Below, piece by piece: positions 60,420-64,000 of a stretch of 64,000 bases of DNA (the stretch's first letter is position 1; each line of letters opens with the position of its first letter). This DNA comes from an uncultured Gemmatimonadaceae bacterium (lineage in GTDB: Bacteria; Gemmatimonadota; Gemmatimonadetes; Gemmatimonadales; Gemmatimonadaceae): positions 160,001 to 224,000 of the forward strand of contig CAWBOC010000007.1 of assembly GCA_963790305.1 (NCBI GenBank). Reading direction: 5' to 3'. The position numbers and the translations under genes are program-made. Under the pieces are notes generated by a model. That model was given only the letters and a program-made list of their open reading frames with translations. It ran no database searches and was not told the origin of the DNA.

Positions 60420-61565
60420 GACGGCGAGCTCCACGGTGGGCCCTCACCCGGGCGCGACATCTCGAATCGAATGACCCCGTCGGTCGCCGTCGCCTCCCAC
60501 ACGTCTGCCCACACGCCGTAATCGAACCAGCGATACGTCGCACGAGCTGCCGCGTCGCGCACGCGTGCGTCGTCAGTCCCGAGGGTCACGCTTCTCCCAG
60601 ACGTCTCGAGCGTGGCCCGCGCACGAGCCGCATCGAGCGCACGTGACGGATTCGCCGCGGGGAATGTATGCTCGATCGCCGTCAGCTCCTCGGCCGACAA
60701 CCGCACCGGGGTCCACGTCGCGCGCGTACCATCCCGTGTCGTCTCCCCACGCGCCAGGAGCGCGCGCACTTCGTCGCACTGGCGACCGACGAACAGCCAC
60801 GCGATCAAGGTGCGGAGCGGCCAATCGACCGTGCGCTCACGTGCTCCTTCCTGCATCCGCACTGGTACGCGCACGGTCTCCTCCCGCACCCGATCGTCTA
60901 TGATGACGCCGTCGCGCATGTGCACGACGCGTCGTGCCGCCGCGGCGAGCTCTTCGTCGTGCGTGACCACCACGACGGTCGTCCCCTCATGGTTCAGCCG
61001 CGACAACAGCGCGATGATCTCGGCACCGGTGCGCGCATCGAGCTCGCCGGTGGGCTCATCGGCGAGCAGTAACGCCGGCCCATTCGCGAGCGCCCGCGCG
61101 ATCGCCACGCGCTGCTGCTCTCCGCCGGAGAGTTGTGCCGGCCGATGGCGCGCGCGCGCGCCCAATCCAACGTACGTCAGCAGCTCTGTGGCGCGCTTCC
61201 GTCGCTCGTGCTTTCCCGACGCCCGCCTCCGACAGCGGCAGCTCGATGTTCTCGCGCGCCGTGAGGGCGGGCACGAGATAGAACCGCTGAAAGACGAATC
61301 CGACCTCGAGCAGCCTGAACCGCGTCGCCTCGCGATCACCGAGTGAGGAGACGTCCCGTCCCTTCACGAACACGCGCCCCGTGGAGGGCGTGTCGATGGC
61401 GCCCAGCAGGTTGAGCAGCGTCGATTTGCCGCAGCCCGAAGGTCCGACGATCGCCACCCATTCGCCGGCGTCGATCGACAGGCTCACGCCGCGCACCGCA
61501 TGCACCACGTCCTCACCCAACCGATAGTCCCGCCGCACCTCCTCGGCCCGCACGAGCTGGCTCAC
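60416..61565 (-). pseudogene. LolD/MacB-type ABC ATPase with a C-terminal extension; +1 frameshift in GGGAAA near 61215
   Basis: Walker A GPSGCGKS in one frame; [19 protein letters not shown] in the other. Confidence 0.82.
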
Positions 61566-62750
61566 GCGACCGCCTCCTCACGTAGCGTTCGCGCGATGGG
61601 CAGCGACGCGGCACGCCACGAGGGGTAGACGCCAGCGAGGATTCCCGAGCCGACGAGGAGCGCGAGCGCCGTCCACGCCGCACGCGGCTGGAAGAGAAAG
61701 AAATCGATCGCCGTTGGCAGGCCCGGAAAGCTGGCGAGGATCGCGTTCAGCCATCGCGCCGTGACCAGTCCCAAGGCGAGCCCGAACGCGGCACCCAACG
61801 CGGAGATCAGGAGGCTCTCGACCACGATCTGCTGCACCACGTGCGCTCGCGAGATTCCGATCGCGCGCTGCACCGCGATCTCCCCGATCCGCTGATTGAC
61901 GGACACGGTGACGAGCGTCGTCACCAGAAGAAACCCGACGAGCAGGCTGACGCCGCCGAGGATGAGCGCCATCTGCCGGAAGTAGGCGAGGCGCTCGTCG
62001 ACGCGCGCGAGCGCCTCACGAGTGGAGATCGCATCGACGCGCGGGATCTCCCGCTCGATCCACCGCTGGACGCTGTCGGCAATCGCTCCGTCGCGCACAC
62101 CGACCATGAACAGCGACGCCCGGTCGGTTCGCTCTGCGCCGCCCATCGCCTGAAGAGTCGCCAGCGGAACGGCGACCGCCGGCTGTCCGCGCGAGAGATA
62201 GAGAAATCGCGCAACGCCGGAAAGCACGAGCCGCCGCTCTCCGCTGTACGCCCGCAGCTGCGGACTGTACGCGGTGGCGAGCGTCAGCGTGTCGCCGAGC
62301 TGCGCACCCGTCGCCTGTAGAAAGTCCTCGTTCGCCACGAAGGCATCGACACCAAGGGCGTCGCCGCCCCGCTCCAGCTCGTAGTCCCCTTGCACCGAGG
62401 CGTTGACGCCGAGCGCGAACGCCGTGGACCGCTGGGCGCCGTCTACGACGTGCACGGTCGCCCCGAGCACAGGGCTGACGGCCGTGACGTCGGGATGACG
62501 CGAGAGTAACTCGACGATCCCGGAAGCCCCGGCGATCGTCGCCTCGGTGTCGAATGGCAGCGTTCCTCGCGGCGCAAGCCGAATCGAGAAGCCGCGGCTC
62601 TCGAGAAGGGTGCCGAACGACGCGCGCATTCCGCTCGAGAGCATCACCATGTCGAGCAGCATCGCCGCCGCCACAGCCACACCGAGAACCGCGAGACCGG
62701 TGCGGGCGCGATGCCGCGCGAGCGAGATGAGGGCGAGATGCAGAATGCAC
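61562..62750 (-). CDS. FtsX/MacB-family ABC permease
   Basis: Frame open to ILHLALISLARHRARTGL; GTG at 62750 is one base out of frame; QRIGEIAVQRAIG. Confidence 0.8.
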
Positions 62751-62754
62751 TGCT

Positions 62755-63561
62755 CTAGCGCCCCAACAGCGCGAGCGGGCGCGCGCGAACCAGTCTGAGC
62801 GCGGCCAACGCGCCCGCGACAATGCCCAGCGTGATGGAGAGCGCGGCGGCGAGCACCACGATGTCCGGCGTCACAATGGAGAAACGCAGTGGGGTGCGAT
62901 AATGGGCCTGGTAGTACGCATTGACCGCCGCGGACGCGAGCGCACCGATGACCGTGCCCGCCAGGCTGCCGACGAAGGCGATGAACGCCGCCTCGAGCAC
63001 TACCGCGCCGAGCACCGTTCGGCGGGAGATGCCGAGGAGACGAAGGGCAGCGACGTCCCGGCGGCGCTCATCCACCTTGAGCAGAAGAATGCAAAGCAGG
63101 AAGATGGCGCTCGCCACGATCGTGATGACGCCGATTGCCCGATGGAATCGGCTGACGACGCGAAATGTCTGGGACGTCTCGATCGCGACGTCGCGCGACC
63201 GGTGCGCGCGGAACCCGAACGCGACATCATTGATGGCATCGAGTGCGCGCTCGGTTGCGCTGGTGTCGGGTGTGGTGACGGCGAAGCGGTCGACTCGGTC
63301 GCCGTAGCCGATCAACTGCTGCAGATGATCGAGGTGCAGTCGAACACGATACTCATCGCGCGCGATCTCGCTTGGGTCGGCCGTGCGCGCGGTAACCGCA
63401 CCAATGAGAACGGTGTCGCCGGCGGCGCCAGGTGCGCTCGCGACGACGACGCGGTCGCCGAGGCGCAGTCCGGCATCGGCGGCCAATCGTTCATCGATCG
63501 CAATGGTGCGCGTCGTGCCCTGAAGGGCGAGCGCGAGAGTCAGTAAGGGGATGAGGCCCAT
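62755..63561 (-). CDS. Short FtsX-family ABC permease
   Basis: ERRRDVAALRLLG, three C-terminal TM helices. Confidence 0.8.
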   Translation of the reverse strand: MGLIPLLTLALALQGTTRTIAIDERLAADAGLRLGDRVVVASAPGAAGDTVLIGAVTARTADPSEIARDEYRVRLHLDHLQQLIGYGDRVDRFAVTTPDTSATERALDAINDVAFGFRAHRSRDVAIETSQTFRVVSRFHRAIGVITIVASAIFLLCILLLKVDERRRDVAALRLLGISRRTVLGAVVLEAAFIAFVGSLAGTVIGALASAAVNAYYQAHYRTPLRFSIVTPDIVVLAAALSITLGIVAGALAALRLVRARPLALLGR

Positions 63562-63591
63562 TGTCGAGGGAAATATGACCGCCAGCATCGA

Positions 63592-64000
63592 ATGCCGTCA
63601 GCCGTTCTGATCGACACCGACCCCGGCATCAATGACGCCGTAGCGCTCGCACTCGCCGCGCGTCTCCCCGAGCTCGACCTCGTGGCCATCACGACATGTC
63701 ATGGGAACACCAATGTGGCACGCGCCACGCGCAACGCGCGGGAGATCGCCGGACGCGTCGGGATCGATGCGCCCATCACCGCGGGAGCGGCGGCCCCGCT
63801 CCACCGCGCGGCGCATCCCGCACGCGAAACCCACGGCGACGAGGGACTCGGGCACTGGGTACCCGATCAGGCGGCGCACGCCGAGCCCGACCACGCCGCG
63901 CAAGCCATCGCCGAGGCGGCGGGCGCCCATCATCGCCTCGTGGTGATATGTCTTGGTCCCCTGACCAACCTGGCGCGTGCTGTTTCGTCCTTCGATCACG
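63592..64000 (+). CDS. Inosine/uridine-preferring nucleoside hydrolase (runs off the right edge)
   Basis: Manual translation MPSAVLIDTDPGINDAVAL...ITTCHGN...HGDEGLG...LGPLTNLA. Confidence 0.85.
   Translation, partial: MPSAVLIDTDPGINDAVALALAARLPELDLVAITTCHGNTNVARATRNAREIAGRVGIDAPITAGAAAPLHRAAHPARETHGDEGLGHWVPDQAAHAEPDHAAQAIAEAAGAHHRLVVICLGPLTNLARAVSSFDH

Overview
GC-rich bacterial chromosomal segment, probably Gemmatimonadota (inferred from the style of the Ser/Thr kinase and the many small lipoproteins). It holds about 65 CDS and two tRNAs (Gln-CTG, Ala-CGC). Recognisable genes include rnz, mgtE, dsbD plus a redoxin, a threonine/serine dehydratase, an acyl-CoA dehydrogenase, a fatty acyl-CoA ligase, two tandem S8 proteases, a Ser/Thr kinase-histidine kinase-LytTR operon, an Omp85-family hybrid and an ABC system with a lipocalin-like fusion. 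No integrase, transposase, reverse transcriptase, cas gene or rRNA is visible. The main unexplained signal is a dispersed set of periodic palindromes: short tandem repeats arranged as inverted arms at gene 3' ends. One class has a 7-bp period (GGAGTGG, GGAATGC and GGAGTCA variants; consensus GGARTSN). A second class has a 9-bp period, with six copies sharing the invariant core CCTCGATCACCT. Most copies are empty hairpins, but some arms bracket a small gene, notably a four-helix-bundle (23S IVS protein / Avd-like) gene. This may be an undescribed REP/REPIN-like or intervening-sequence-like cassette system. A candidate structured ncRNA with two near-identical loop motifs lies downstream of tRNA-Ala. 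Caveat: about seven small indels break otherwise intact genes, which points to sequencing or assembly error, so base-level claims need read-level checking. All family assignments come from motif recognition, not database searches.
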